Assembly (NCBI GenBank): GCA_018671245.1
Contig: JABHIB010000007.1
Location: 6,650 to 70,649 of the forward strand
Length of the DNA stretch: 64,000 bases
Reading direction: 5' to 3'
DNA from: an archaeon
GTDB lineage: Archaea > Nanobdellota > Nanobdellia > SCGC-AAA011-G17 > PNOQ01
The notes below the pieces were generated by a model. That model was not told the DNA's origin and searched no databases. It saw nothing but the letters and a program-made list of their open reading frames with translations. Below are positions 10,624 through 20,805 of the stretch, piece after piece (the stretch's first letter is position 1; each line of letters starts with the position of its first letter). The translations under genes were made by a program, and so were the position numbers.

Positions 10624-12348
10624 TTATATTCCCCAAACGGGATTCTCATTTCTTTTAATTTTAGCTATTTCTTTTAAAATTTTCACTTCTTTATCATTTA
10701 AATATTTTTGTAATGTCTTCAATACTCTAAAATCACTTGGTGGGATATCTGAATAGAGGATATCTCCTTCTTTTATCTGTCTTCCTACTGTTAAATTCGG
10801 TAGGGAAATCGCAACTTGCCTACCTTCATCTGCTTTGTTAACGTTATCTCCCTCTAATTGTATTTCCTTTACTACTCCAAGTTTCGTCCCATCTTTTGTG
10901 ATTTGAGTGTTAGATTTCAGTGTTCCGCCCAATATATCTACTCCAACTATTGCTGGTCCAGATTGTCTGAATGTATGGTTCTTTAGGATCTCTAATTTAA
11001 ATGGTTTTACTAATCCATCTAATTCTTTAGATTCCAATCTCATTTCTTCTTCTTTTAACCATTTTTCTAAGTCTTCTATCAGTTTATATACTATCGGACT
11101 CTTAATTATTTTTGCGTTTTCTTCTGCTTTTTCTAATTGTTCAACATTAAATCCTAAAATCACTCTGTTTAAAGGATCTTCTCCAGATTCTGCAGAAACA
11201 ATATCTTTTTTTGTGATTGGACCTATTGATGCTTTCTTAATCTTTATGTTTATATCTTTTAATAGATGTATTAATGCCTCTAATGATCCTAGTGTATCTG
11301 CCTTAAGAATAATTCCTTCGGTTTCTGTTTCAATTGTTACTTCCTCTATTCCTGCTTGAATTTCTTCTTTAATTGTTTCTAAATTTTCATTTGCAACTCT
11401 TAATGGCATTCCCGGAACCACATCTTCTATTCCTGGTGCCGAGATTTTCACTCCTGCGGCTGCAGTGATTTGTTTAACGGAAACTAATTTGTTTTTTTCA
11501 TATTTGAATAACGATTTTATTTTTGTAACTGTCGGTTCTTCAATCCCTCCTATAACAATGGTATCTCCTTGTTTTATTGTTCCGTCATAGATGATTGTGT
11601 CCATCGTAGCACCGATGCCTTTTTCTTCTGTTATTTCTAAAACTGTTGCTTTTCCAGGACCAGAAACATTAGTTTCCAAATTTTCTTCTAAATATTTTTG
11701 TGCTAGTCCTGAGATTACCATCATTAGTTCAGGTAGTCCTTCACCAGTTTTTGCAGATGTTGGTATTATTGATATTTGTTTTGTATAATCTTGAACTCTA
11801 TCAAATCTTTCTGAATTGATGCCTTGTTCAGCGAGTTTTCCTACAATTTCATATAATTTTGTATCTAAAATTTCCATGGTTTTGCTTGATTGTTCTTGAA
11901 TATTTTTTAATACATTCTTCTTTTCTTCAGTACTTCTCCAACCACCCATTCTATCTATTTTATTCGCTGCTATTACAAATGGAGTTTGATATTGTTTTAG
12001 AATTTCTATGGCTTCAAGAGTTTGTGGTTTAATTCCATCATTGATGTCAATAACTAATATTGCTATATCTGCTATATTTCCACCTCGTTTTCTAAGCGAT
12101 GTAAATGCTTCGTGCCCTGGACTATCTACAAATAAGATTCCAGGTATAGTAAAATCTAGATTTAACTGGTCTAATAAAGGTCCACATATATTTTTTACTT
12201 TTTCTAGTTCTACTGAATGCGCTGTAATATTTTGTGTTATTCCTCCTGCTTCTCCGTCTGCTACAGAGGTCCCTCTAATCCAGTCTAGAATTGAGGTTTT
12301 TCCATGATCCACGTGAGCCAAAAGTACACAAATAGGTTGTCTTATCAT
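10624..12348 (-). CDS. infB: translation initiation factor aIF5B (IF2 homolog) GTPase
   Basis: 574 aa with a G domain (AHVDHGKTSILDWIRG, DSPGHEAF, NKID) followed by beta-barrel domains. Confidence 0.9.
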   Translation of the reverse strand: MIRQPICVLLAHVDHGKTSILDWIRGTSVADGEAGGITQNITAHSVELEKVKNICGPLLDQLNLDFTIPGILFVDSPGHEAFTSLRKRGGNIADIAILVIDINDGIKPQTLEAIEILKQYQTPFVIAANKIDRMGGWRSTEEKKNVLKNIQEQSSKTMEILDTKLYEIVGKLAEQGINSERFDRVQDYTKQISIIPTSAKTGEGLPELMMVISGLAQKYLEENLETNVSGPGKATVLEITEEKGIGATMDTIIYDGTIKQGDTIVIGGIEEPTVTKIKSLFKYEKNKLVSVKQITAAAGVKISAPGIEDVVPGMPLRVANENLETIKEEIQAGIEEVTIETETEGIILKADTLGSLEALIHLLKDINIKIKKASIGPITKKDIVSAESGEDPLNRVILGFNVEQLEKAEENAKIIKSPIVYKLIEDLEKWLKEEEMRLESKELDGLVKPFKLEILKNHTFRQSGPAIVGVDILGGTLKSNTQITKDGTKLGVVKEIQLEGDNVNKADEGRQVAISLPNLTVGRQIKEGDILYSDIPPSDFRVLKTLQKYLNDKEVKILKEIAKIKRNENPVWGI

Positions 12349-12429
12349 TGCTTAATTTATTCATTTGGGGCTTTTAAAAAGGTTTTGCTGAATCAAAATG
12401 TTTAAAAGATTGGGTAGTTTCTTTATATC

Positions 12430-12690
12430 ATGGCAAATTTATCAAAAATAAAAGAAGTATTCGAAAATTATTCTGAAAATCAACAGGTAAATAATATGAC
12501 TCTTGTTAAAATTGTTGATGATATTGGGAGTTATATTTCTGATGACGAGAAAATAATTGTTGATGGAATAATTGAAATATATAGTGATCCTAAAAAGTTA
12601 CAGATAAATTTCGTTACTTTGGATAGAATCTATAGTGAACTTGAAACTAATTTATTAATATATAATGAATATGATCAATATCTTGATTGA
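12430..12690 (+). CDS. hypothetical small acidic protein
   Basis: 86 aa with an ATG start and no motif I recognise. It is transcribed divergently from infB. Confidence 0.3.
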   Translation: MANLSKIKEVFENYSENQQVNNMTLVKIVDDIGSYISDDEKIIVDGIIEIYSDPKKLQINFVTLDRIYSELETNLLIYNEYDQYLD

Positions 12691-12693
12691 AAA

Positions 12694-13173
12694 TTAGTAT
12701 ATGTGGTCTTCATGGCTTAGTTTATAACTATGTAGTTCATCTATACCAAACCATAATGCTACTTCTTGTTTTGCTTCTTCAGAATTTCCAGAAGCATGAA
12801 TTAAATTTTCTATTGCTTTATCTTTTTTATCTGCATGTTCATAAGAAATGTGTGCAAAGTCTCCTCTTATTGTTCCAACATCCGCACCCTTTGGTTCTGT
12901 TGAACCTACAATTTTCCTAACTACTTCAACTGCGTCAACACCTTCGATAATCATTGCAACTACTGGTCCAGAAACTATGAATTTTTCTAGGCCTTTATAG
13001 AATTTTTTATCTACATGTGCAGCATAATGTTTTTTTGAGAAATCAGGTTCAACTTGAACCATTTTCAGACCAACAATTTTTAGCCCTCTTAATTCAAATC
13101 TTTTTGTTACTTCCCCGATTAGTCCTCTTTTCACTCCATCAGGTTTGATTAATACTAGTGTTTGTTCAATCAT
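12694..13173 (-). CDS. ndk: nucleoside diphosphate kinase
   Basis: It has the TLVLIKPDGV start, the catalytic His region NLIHASGN, and characteristic length. Its ATG overlaps the eL24 stop. Confidence 0.9.
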   Translation of the reverse strand: MIEQTLVLIKPDGVKRGLIGEVTKRFELRGLKIVGLKMVQVEPDFSKKHYAAHVDKKFYKGLEKFIVSGPVVAMIIEGVDAVEVVRKIVGSTEPKGADVGTIRGDFAHISYEHADKKDKAIENLIHASGNSEEAKQEVALWFGIDELHSYKLSHEDHIY

Positions 13174-13342
13174 TCTTTTTCTTTTCTCTTGTCCACTTAA
13201 ATTTAATTGGATTTCTTTTTAGTTTAAGTAGATTTTTTTCACACTTATTTGAACAGAAATTGGCAATTTTACTTGTGTTAAAAACGAATATTTTCCCAGT
13301 TCCTTTTTCTATTTGTTTATTACAAAATGTACACTTTGCCAT
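13166..13342 (-). CDS. rpl24e: ribosomal protein eL24 (L24e), zinc ribbon
   Basis: A 58-aa ORF missing from the track: MAKCTFCNKQIEKGTGKIFVFNTSKIANFCSNKCEKNLLKLKRNPIKFKWTREKKKND. It has the C-x2-C ... C-x3-C and GTGK motif of L24e. It starts 2 nt after the eS28 stop, and its TGA overlaps the ndk ATG. Confidence 0.8.
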   Translation of the reverse strand: MAKCTFCNKQIEKGTGKIFVFNTSKIANFCSNKCEKNLLKLKRNPIKFKWTREKKKND

Positions 13343-13344
13343 CT

Positions 13345-13611
13345 TTATTTACTCCGCTTGTTTAATCTTCTAGCTTCTATTTCTGTCTCTCTTAACATTA
13401 ATAGGTCCCCAATTTTTATTGGGCCTTTTAAATTTCTTCGAAGGATCTTTCCTTCATCTCTACCTTCAAGAACTTTCACTCTAACTTGCATTGCTTCACC
13501 TCTTACTCCAGTTCTACCTACAAGTTCTTCTACTTTGGCAGGAACTGCCTTTGTGAATACACTTTCGGACTGTTTTTTTGTGTCCTTTCGTTTTTTTTCT
13601 TGTGGTTTCAT
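13345..13611 (-). CDS. rps28e: ribosomal protein eS28 (S28e)
   Basis: It has the core [52 protein letters not shown] typical of S28e and a lysine- and arginine-rich N-terminal extension. Confidence 0.85.
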   Translation of the reverse strand: MKPQEKKRKDTKKQSESVFTKAVPAKVEELVGRTGVRGEAMQVRVKVLEGRDEGKILRRNLKGPIKIGDLLMLRETEIEARRLNKRSK

Positions 13612-13940
13612 TTTGCTAGTGAACTTATTATAGTTTTAGCTTCTCCTTCCTTTACTACTGCTACTGCTGCTGTTGGGACGCTTAGTCCTGCTGCTGCACC
13701 TAGCTCTTCTCTACTTGGAACTTCAACTAAAATTATATTTTTTTCTTTACAAAGTGGTGTCAAATGCATAATAACTTCTTTAGGAGAAGTATCTCCTGCA
13801 ATTAAAACTAGTTTTGCTATTCCTTTCTCTACAATCTTAGTTACTTCATTAACACCTTTCTTTATTTTTCCTGATTTTTTGGCCAATTCGACTGCCTCAT
13901 AAGCCTTTTTTATTTTTTCTTCTGAAACTTCAGCAACCAT
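13608..13940 (-). CDS. rpl7ae: ribosomal protein L7Ae (kink-turn RNA-binding protein)
   Basis: It has [27 protein letters not shown] and ELGAAAG, typical of L7Ae. It heads the L7Ae-S28e-L24e-ndk operon. Confidence 0.9.
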   Translation of the reverse strand: MVAEVSEEKIKKAYEAVELAKKSGKIKKGVNEVTKIVEKGIAKLVLIAGDTSPKEVIMHLTPLCKEKNIILVEVPSREELGAAAGLSVPTAAVAVVKEGEAKTIISSLAK

Positions 13941-14002
13941 TTTATTTCCCCCATGATTATGTGTTATGTTTAGCGGACTGCGCTTGTTTTTAAATGTTTT
14001 GT

Positions 14003-15430
14003 TTATGTTAAGTCCTCTTTATTCCAATCTATATTATTTTTCTTAGCTTTATCTTCGTTAATTAAGAATTCTAGATTCGGAGTTCTTTCTGATTCTATTA
14101 ATTCTTTTTGAAGTTGTAAAACTCCTCTCATTGAGTAAATTAGAGAGTCTCTTATATGATTTAAATCATCATTATATTCTGGAAGGTAAAGATTTCTTTC
14201 TGCAAGTAATTCGTTTAATTCTTCTTTGTCTCTGAATTTTGGTTCCTCTGTTGCATTAAGGCTGTGTTGTAAAAAGAAACGCATATTCTTTACTATAAAT
14301 TCAAACAATGCAGGTTTTCCTTGTATTTTTTCAGGTGAGCTGTATGCCCAATTTAGTGATCCTGTGATTGTTTTTAATTTTGTATATGCATGGGAGATTC
14401 CCCTTTCTACTATTTCATCCATTGCTACTTTTGGAAATGGAAATTCTCCATCTAACACTTTAGTGTGCTCCATAAATTCTTTTGAATCATGTAAGAATCT
14501 TATATGATTTACCATGTATTGTTCGTCATTTGGGAATAAGTGTATTCCAAGATGTTTTATTTCTTCTCCATGCCCGTGACAGTCTTCTACAACTTTTCTA
14601 GTCCCATCTTCTTCAATTATCACTGCAGGAGCTGTTCCCTTTAATACCTCATGAGCTTTTCTTATATCTTCAACTACTACCCAATTATCATAATCTCCAA
14701 ATTTTGAAGGATCGTTTGTTCTAGATGCAGAACCATAAAGTAGTGTTCCAAGATAGTTGTCTCCTAGTTTTCCTTTAAACCATTCAATATATGGATAGTT
14801 CTCTTTTATCTCTTTTTCACTCACTTCTGATTTTATGATTTCTGTTTTATATTCTCTTGGTCCAATAGGTATTTCCTTCATATATTCTATAAATTGACAT
14901 TTTATATCTGATAGTGCTCTGTCCCATTCAGTTTCATCTTCTGTTATTCCAAATAGGAAAGGTGGATCTCTTTTATCTAAGTGTCCATAGATTCTACCTA
15001 TATTGTACAATCTGTTAGCAACATGTGCTTTATTCACAACAGTTCCTAATTCTCTTCTACTGTGAATTATTGCTGCATCGATAGTTGCTGCCTTTGCTTC
15101 TACTTCTGTTTGTAGTTGTAATAAAAGTCTGTCTGACTCTGGAATCCAGTTTTGATCAACATCGAATAACTCCTCTAGTTGTTTATCTTTCATGTCACTT
15201 GTTATTCTTTTGAATGTTGTTGGGATATAATCTCTAAATCCTTTAATTACTTGGGTAGACCAAGGGTTTGTTAGCGTATTTTCATCTGAATTACTAAGTA
15301 AATCTATTATGTCTTTAGTTGAAGGAACTCCATCTAGTATTACTGGTCTAACATATTGGAAGTTTTCTTCGTATGGAAGTCCTTCTACTTGATAGTTTTC
15401 TCCGATTGTTTCATATATTATTTTTGCCAT
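14003..15430 (-). CDS. hypothetical protein with a central Pol-beta-superfamily nucleotidyltransferase motif
   Basis: 475 aa with LYGSASRTNDPSKFGDYDNWVVV, which fits the hG[GS]x9-13Dh[DE]h NTase signature near residue 225. It has long N- and C-terminal regions with no motif I recognise. Confidence 0.4.
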   Translation of the reverse strand: MAKIIYETIGENYQVEGLPYEENFQYVRPVILDGVPSTKDIIDLLSNSDENTLTNPWSTQVIKGFRDYIPTTFKRITSDMKDKQLEELFDVDQNWIPESDRLLLQLQTEVEAKAATIDAAIIHSRRELGTVVNKAHVANRLYNIGRIYGHLDKRDPPFLFGITEDETEWDRALSDIKCQFIEYMKEIPIGPREYKTEIIKSEVSEKEIKENYPYIEWFKGKLGDNYLGTLLYGSASRTNDPSKFGDYDNWVVVEDIRKAHEVLKGTAPAVIIEEDGTRKVVEDCHGHGEEIKHLGIHLFPNDEQYMVNHIRFLHDSKEFMEHTKVLDGEFPFPKVAMDEIVERGISHAYTKLKTITGSLNWAYSSPEKIQGKPALFEFIVKNMRFFLQHSLNATEEPKFRDKEELNELLAERNLYLPEYNDDLNHIRDSLIYSMRGVLQLQKELIESERTPNLEFLINEDKAKKNNIDWNKEDLT

Positions 15431-15516
15431 GTTATTAATAATTTAAGTTAAAATTAGCTTAAATGGAAGAAGATTTTAAATTGAACTCTTTAAAAAACTT
15501 TGCATTTTAGTGAATT

Positions 15517-15930
15517 TTAAATTTCGTCTTCATTTAGTACTTTGATACCATTTTGTCTAAGAATCTTAGTGAATATTCCTTCTCCTTCAATTAGTTTATT
15601 GGAGAAAGTTCCATCATAGATTTTTTTTGAACCGCAAGATGGAGATTTTGATTTTAGGATTGCTTTAGTACAATTATTAAGCTTGGCTATTCTTAATGCT
15701 TTTTCTGCTCCACTTTCAAATTCTTGAGTAAGGTCTTTACCACTTTTTGTTAGAATTTTATTGTTTTTTTGTTCTGATGGTTCTCTCGGAGTTGCCAATC
15801 CTCCTAATTCTTCAGGACAGATAGGTATCGCTTTGCCAGTTTTAACTAAGTCTATTACTTTTTGACATGGTTTTGATTTTCCATCCCATCGACATTCAAT
15901 TCCTGCTAAACAAGCACTTACAATTTTCAT
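15517..15930 (-). CDS. DUF523-family protein (TudS-like, Cys-rich)
   Basis: It has the MKIVSACLAGIECRWDG start and conserved cysteines (PICPEE, SPSCGS) typical of DUF523. I trimmed the start to the internal Met because the longer ORF overlaps gltX. Confidence 0.55.
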   Translation of the reverse strand: MKIVSACLAGIECRWDGKSKPCQKVIDLVKTGKAIPICPEELGGLATPREPSEQKNNKILTKSGKDLTQEFESGAEKALRIAKLNNCTKAILKSKSPSCGSKKIYDGTFSNKLIEGEGIFTKILRQNGIKVLNEDEI

Positions 15931-15931
15931 T

Positions 15932-17572
15932 TTATTTGTGTGTAAAATAGAATATGTATTTATTTTTTGTTTTTTTATCCAATCTGCAGAATCCAAATCT
16001 TTCAAATTGAATTAACTCTCCAATTTTTACTTTTTTTATTGTTTTCTCAGCTAAACCTTCAGTTATTTTGTTATCGTTCATGATTATATCTACTTTTATA
16101 TTTTCTTCTGAGACTGGCAACCAGTGGATTAGTTTTGCTTTAAAACTTTGATCATATTCTTCAGAAATAAACTTATTATTTTTGAAATTAAATAAATGCA
16201 TAAATCTGTATATTTTGTCTTTTTTCGGTTTATCTGATTTTTGAATATAAAATTCTTTATTTATTTTTAATTTTCTAAATCCTCTTTTTTCTTCTGGGTG
16301 AAGAGGCATTTTGATTGTATCTTCTTTTGTTCCAGATATTTTAATTTTTTGAGGATCTTCTATGAATGAATATCTGTTCGCATCCCTATCAAGGTACCTT
16401 TTGTTTATCATTATTAATGAATCCCATGTTACTTTTGATTCTGTTTTTGAGATTCCAGTAGATACAACAAAATCTTTTATCGATTTTGGTAGAAATCCTC
16501 TTCTTTTGAGTGCAACTAATGTTGTAAGTCTTGGGTCGTCCCATCCCGAAATTTCCTTTTTCTCTATTTTTTCTCTTATTTCTCTTCCACTACTAAGAAC
16601 TCCAACCATATTGAATCTTGCAAATTCGTAAGTTGTCGTTGTTTTCAGTTTTAGTAACTTTTGAATATATCTTTGTAATTCACTTCTTAATTCAAATTCC
16701 TTACTTCTTAATCTATGAGTTATCCCATATTTTCCATCCATAATCGCATTTTGAAAATCATATGTTGGCCATACTCTAAATTTATTGCCCAATCTCGCAT
16801 GTTTTTCGTCGATTATTCTGAAGATTGCAGGATCTCTCATTACTGTGTTCTTGTGCTCCATGTCTATATTTAATCTAACTATTGCTGATCCTTGTTTTGC
16901 TTTGAAAAACTTATCCCACTTTTCTAACTGATTGGTTTGTTTTGAACAATCGCAGGCTATTCCTGCTCTTCTATTTTTGCTTGCAATTTCCCGTTCACAA
17001 TAACAAACATATGCGTCTCCAGATTTGATTAATTTCTTACCTAGGCTATAAAATAAGTCCATATTATCTGAAGCGTATTGTAATTTGTCCCATTTTACTC
17101 CAAGCCATTTAAAATTTTCTTTCATTATCTCATAGAATTCATTTTTTACTAATCTGGGATTAGTGTCTTCAAATCTTAGTACAAATTTGCCCCCATATTC
17201 TTTTGCCAATAAATAATTTAGTAGTAATGCTTTAGCATGGCCGATATGAGGATATTTTTCTGGTCCTGGTGGAAATGCAGTAATTATTTTTTCACCCTTT
17301 TTTATTTTTAAGAAATCAAAGATTCCTGCTTCTTGTTTCTTTTCTTTTTTTATTTCCCCAGTTTGTTTCAATTGATTCTTTTGCTCTTCTAGAGATAGAG
17401 AGTTTACTTTTTTTATTGATTCTTGAACTTCTTTAGAAATCTCTTTTGCTTTTTGTTTTAATTTTGGATCCATACCAAATATTAGGCCCATAATTGATCC
17501 AGGATTTGCTTTTCCATTATATTTTATTGCATTTTGTAATGTTAGAATGTAAATTGTTTTTTTTATATCCAT
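15932..17572 (-). CDS. gltX: glutamyl-tRNA synthetase, archaeal/eukaryotic type
   Basis: It has the HIGH motif in PHIGHAKALLLNYLLAKEYGGKFVLRFEDTNP, class I architecture, and archaeal-type length. Confidence 0.9.
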   Translation of the reverse strand: MDIKKTIYILTLQNAIKYNGKANPGSIMGLIFGMDPKLKQKAKEISKEVQESIKKVNSLSLEEQKNQLKQTGEIKKEKKQEAGIFDFLKIKKGEKIITAFPPGPEKYPHIGHAKALLLNYLLAKEYGGKFVLRFEDTNPRLVKNEFYEIMKENFKWLGVKWDKLQYASDNMDLFYSLGKKLIKSGDAYVCYCEREIASKNRRAGIACDCSKQTNQLEKWDKFFKAKQGSAIVRLNIDMEHKNTVMRDPAIFRIIDEKHARLGNKFRVWPTYDFQNAIMDGKYGITHRLRSKEFELRSELQRYIQKLLKLKTTTTYEFARFNMVGVLSSGREIREKIEKKEISGWDDPRLTTLVALKRRGFLPKSIKDFVVSTGISKTESKVTWDSLIMINKRYLDRDANRYSFIEDPQKIKISGTKEDTIKMPLHPEEKRGFRKLKINKEFYIQKSDKPKKDKIYRFMHLFNFKNNKFISEEYDQSFKAKLIHWLPVSEENIKVDIIMNDNKITEGLAEKTIKKVKIGELIQFERFGFCRLDKKTKNKYIFYFTHK

Positions 17573-17622
17573 TATATTTAAATTCCTCTTAGAAGTTTAT
17601 AAATTTATTGAATATTAATTTA

Positions 17623-19449
17623 TCATTTTGAATCTGAATTAAAAAATTCTTCAAGATCATTCGAACTTCCGCCACTTCTAGGCATTGTTGATTTTGGAAA
17701 GTATTTTGAGTAGATGCTCCATCCGTATCTTTCATCGAGATATATTATTGATCCTCTGTCTGTCTCACTTCTTATACATCTTCCAGCATTTTGTAGTACT
17801 TTAATGAATGCAGGTATCGTATATCCATACTCTTGCCCTCTTCCAAATTTATTATCATAATAGTTTACTAATTCTTTTGACATTAAATCGAATTTTGCGA
17901 AAGGTATTCCAACTATAATTACTCCGGTTAATGCATCTCCTTCTAGATTGATGCTTTCTCCAAAACTTCCAGCACTTACTGCTAATAGTGTATTGTTTGT
18001 AGATTTTCTCATTTTTTCTAGGATTTCTTCTTTTTTTGTTTTTGTCATGCCTGATTCTTCTATTAAGACATTGTCTACTAAAGAGAGAGAAGGTTTTATT
18101 TTGTCAATCATATTGTAACTTGGGAAAAATACTATTTTGTTATTTGGAATCATTTCAATGATATTACTCAGATATTGTCCAATTTTTGTGTACATTTTCT
18201 CATTTCTTTCTGTATATTTCGTACTTACTCCAGGAACTACCATATCTATTCTATTTTCTTTTGGAAATGGATTTTGATATTCTACTTTTAGTGGCAATTC
18301 TAAACCAAATAAATCTTCAAACATTTCTAAAGGATAAAGGGTTCCACTCATAAATATATTTGAGTGTGCTCCTGCTATTACTTCACTCATAGTTGTTGCA
18401 GGATCTAAACAATTTTTTTCTAGTATTGTAATTTTTTTATCATTTCTTGTTTTTTTATTTCTCAGAACTCTTGTAAATTCATTTCCTTCTATATTCCAAC
18501 TACTTAGAAATCTTGCTAAGCCTCTTAAATAACTATGTTGTTTCTTTTCTAAAATTATTTCTGCCTTTACATTTAATTTATCTATAGTTGTTGAACTAAA
18601 TTTTCCAAAATCTTGTTTTGAAACAAGATTTTCTTCTGATTTGTATTTTTTTGCTAAAGAATTTAATTTAAGTTCTATTTCTACTATCTCATCTGCCAGA
18701 TCTTCATCTACTTGGAGTGCCTCCTTTCGAGCATTAGTTAGAGATATGGTGCTTGTCGAACTACTCATTAGGTCCATTGCACGTCCAGGAATGTTATGTG
18801 CTTCATCCCAAATTATTATACAGTCTTTTAATTCTTTTTTTATCTTTTTTAGAAATGAATCTCTCATTCCAGAGTCTAACATATGAAAATAATCTGCAAC
18901 TATAACATCGCTTTCTTTTGCAATCATATTTGTAGCTTCGTATGGACATACTCCTTTTTCTCTACATTTATCAATTAATTCTTCTACATGATAAATATTA
19001 TTTTTTAGTTGTTCGAATAAACTTTTATTCTGAAAAAATTTACTTTTGTTGTGAAAATTTTCATAGTATTCGCAATCTTTATTTTCTATTAAATGTCTAC
19101 AAAAATCTGGAAAGTTTGGCGCGTTTTGAGGATCGATATCTGTTCTCCCACACATATGAACTTTTCCTATAAAATCTGCTACTTGTAGTTTTATATTATG
19201 TTTATCTTTTATTTCTCTTAGTGTATCTATAGCAATTTTATGATGTGTATGTTTCGAAGTTAGAAAAATTATTTTTTTGTTGTTATCTATCGCATAATTT
19301 AGTGTAGCACTTAGTACTGCTGCGGTTTTTCCCACTCCTGTGGGAACTTGTGCTAGCACATCCTTTCTGTAATTTATTGCCGTTCTCACTACTTTTATGA
19401 ATGAATCTTGGCCTTTTCTAAGAGTATCGTAAGGGAATAAATCTTTCAT
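17623..19449 (-). CDS. xpd: ATP-dependent DNA helicase XPD/Rad3 family (FeS helicase)
   Basis: It has Walker A AQVPTGVGKTAAVL, DEAH-like DEAHNI, and FeS-domain cysteines (C...CEYYENF...C...C). Confidence 0.85.
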   Translation of the reverse strand: MKDLFPYDTLRKGQDSFIKVVRTAINYRKDVLAQVPTGVGKTAAVLSATLNYAIDNNKKIIFLTSKHTHHKIAIDTLREIKDKHNIKLQVADFIGKVHMCGRTDIDPQNAPNFPDFCRHLIENKDCEYYENFHNKSKFFQNKSLFEQLKNNIYHVEELIDKCREKGVCPYEATNMIAKESDVIVADYFHMLDSGMRDSFLKKIKKELKDCIIIWDEAHNIPGRAMDLMSSSTSTISLTNARKEALQVDEDLADEIVEIELKLNSLAKKYKSEENLVSKQDFGKFSSTTIDKLNVKAEIILEKKQHSYLRGLARFLSSWNIEGNEFTRVLRNKKTRNDKKITILEKNCLDPATTMSEVIAGAHSNIFMSGTLYPLEMFEDLFGLELPLKVEYQNPFPKENRIDMVVPGVSTKYTERNEKMYTKIGQYLSNIIEMIPNNKIVFFPSYNMIDKIKPSLSLVDNVLIEESGMTKTKKEEILEKMRKSTNNTLLAVSAGSFGESINLEGDALTGVIIVGIPFAKFDLMSKELVNYYDNKFGRGQEYGYTIPAFIKVLQNAGRCIRSETDRGSIIYLDERYGWSIYSKYFPKSTMPRSGGSSNDLEEFFNSDSK

Positions 19450-19543
19450 TTTTGTTAGTTCTTTGTTTTAGTTTATAAAATCTATTGTGACTCTTGTCAA
19501 TAGTTTTGATAAGGTTTTTAAATGACCTATTTTTCTTATTATT

Positions 19544-20275
19544 ATGAGATATTTAGTATTTGGAGATATGCATGGAAGAGAAGTTAATGAATTAGAGAAT
19601 TTAGTAGATTCTGAAGGAATTGATTCATTTATTTGTCTTGGGGATTTTGATCAGACAAAAGTTATCCATAGTGTTATGGATTTTGAACAGAAATTTAATG
19701 AAGCTGGTAAAAATTCCATTGTTGTTCCTGGTAATCATGATTATGCTGTGTTTTATAATAGTAGTATTAGTTCTAATACTTTGTTTAAACAAGGTAAAAA
19801 TGTAGGTGGGTTACATAATGAACTGCAAGGAGATCCTGAAGCTAAACATTATTTATCTAAATTATTGACTGGGGACTGTCATGGTGTTGAAACAAAAATT
19901 GGTGATTGTTCTGCATATGTTGTTCATGGTGGACTTGATGGCAGTTTAATGAGTTATTTCCGTTGTCCTGAAGTAATAGAAGATTTATGGTTTAGAATAG
20001 ATTATGGAGATAGGGATTATCCTAAAAACTTTAAAAAAATGAAAGAAGAAGGCTATGAACTTCTACTTCGAGGGCATGACCATAATAGAATGTATGGTTT
20101 TGAAATTGATGGAGGTCATTCTGAGGGGCTTTTTGTGACTGAAGGTGGAAAATTTGAATTAGTCGATAGTAAGAGGCATGTAATTAACCCTGGTGCATGG
20201 TTTGATGGAGATTATTTAATTATTGATGATTCTGGTAGTAAATTATTGTTGGATTTTAGAAATTCGGACGAGTAA
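19544..20275 (+). CDS. calcineurin-like metallophosphoesterase
   Basis: It has GDMHG, GDFD and GNHDY motifs in canonical order. Confidence 0.6.
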   Translation: MRYLVFGDMHGREVNELENLVDSEGIDSFICLGDFDQTKVIHSVMDFEQKFNEAGKNSIVVPGNHDYAVFYNSSISSNTLFKQGKNVGGLHNELQGDPEAKHYLSKLLTGDCHGVETKIGDCSAYVVHGGLDGSLMSYFRCPEVIEDLWFRIDYGDRDYPKNFKKMKEEGYELLLRGHDHNRMYGFEIDGGHSEGLFVTEGGKFELVDSKRHVINPGAWFDGDYLIIDDSGSKLLLDFRNSDE

Positions 20276-20315
20276 TTTTAGAAATGTTTTTAAGTCCCTC
20301 ATTATGAATTAGATT

Positions 20316-20780
20316 ATGGCAAAGAAGCATGAAAGCGGTTTAAGACCAATCAAGAGTAAGGAATTGAAAGTTATTCTTGGTAATATTTCTAAACAATTTG
20401 GGATAGAAAGTTATAAGCCTGATTTATATTTTTTTATAACTAAAAAGAATAGGGTGTATATTATAACTAGGGATTATGCAAACTTTGATCTGACTAATTT
20501 AAGATTAAATCATACTGGTATTTATTTCTGTACTGTTGAAAAAGATGGAGTGAGAATGAGTATTGAAGGAAGTCAAATGGTTGGAAAATTGGCAAAGAAA
20601 AATGTTGTTGAGATAGATAGTGATCATTTGGATCTTTGGGTTACAGGTAATGATTTATGGCTTGATGGGAATGAAGGATATGTTTTGATAAAGAGTGGTG
20701 GCGATTTTTACGGGTGTGGAAAGGGTCTTAGTGAAAGAATTATGAATTTCATACCTAAGAGTCGTAGAATTATAATTTAG
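20316..20780 (+). CDS. NIP7-like PUA-domain ribosome biogenesis protein (UPF0113)
   Basis: LRPIKSKELKVILGNISKQFG resembles the eukaryotic NIP7 N-terminus (RPLTEEE...IAKYIG). The pre-PUA and PUA regions follow, and it ends with LIKSGGDFYGCGKG. Confidence 0.5.
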   Translation: MAKKHESGLRPIKSKELKVILGNISKQFGIESYKPDLYFFITKKNRVYIITRDYANFDLTNLRLNHTGIYFCTVEKDGVRMSIEGSQMVGKLAKKNVVEIDSDHLDLWVTGNDLWLDGNEGYVLIKSGGDFYGCGKGLSERIMNFIPKSRRIII

Positions 20781-20805
20781 TTAATTTTATATATATAGTT
20801 TATAT

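Noticed and set aside
13158-13902. Series of + strand ORFs (13158..13373, 13313..13633, 13486..13902)
   Set aside because: They are antisense shadows of the L7Ae/S28e/L24e/ndk operon, which is unambiguous on the minus strand.
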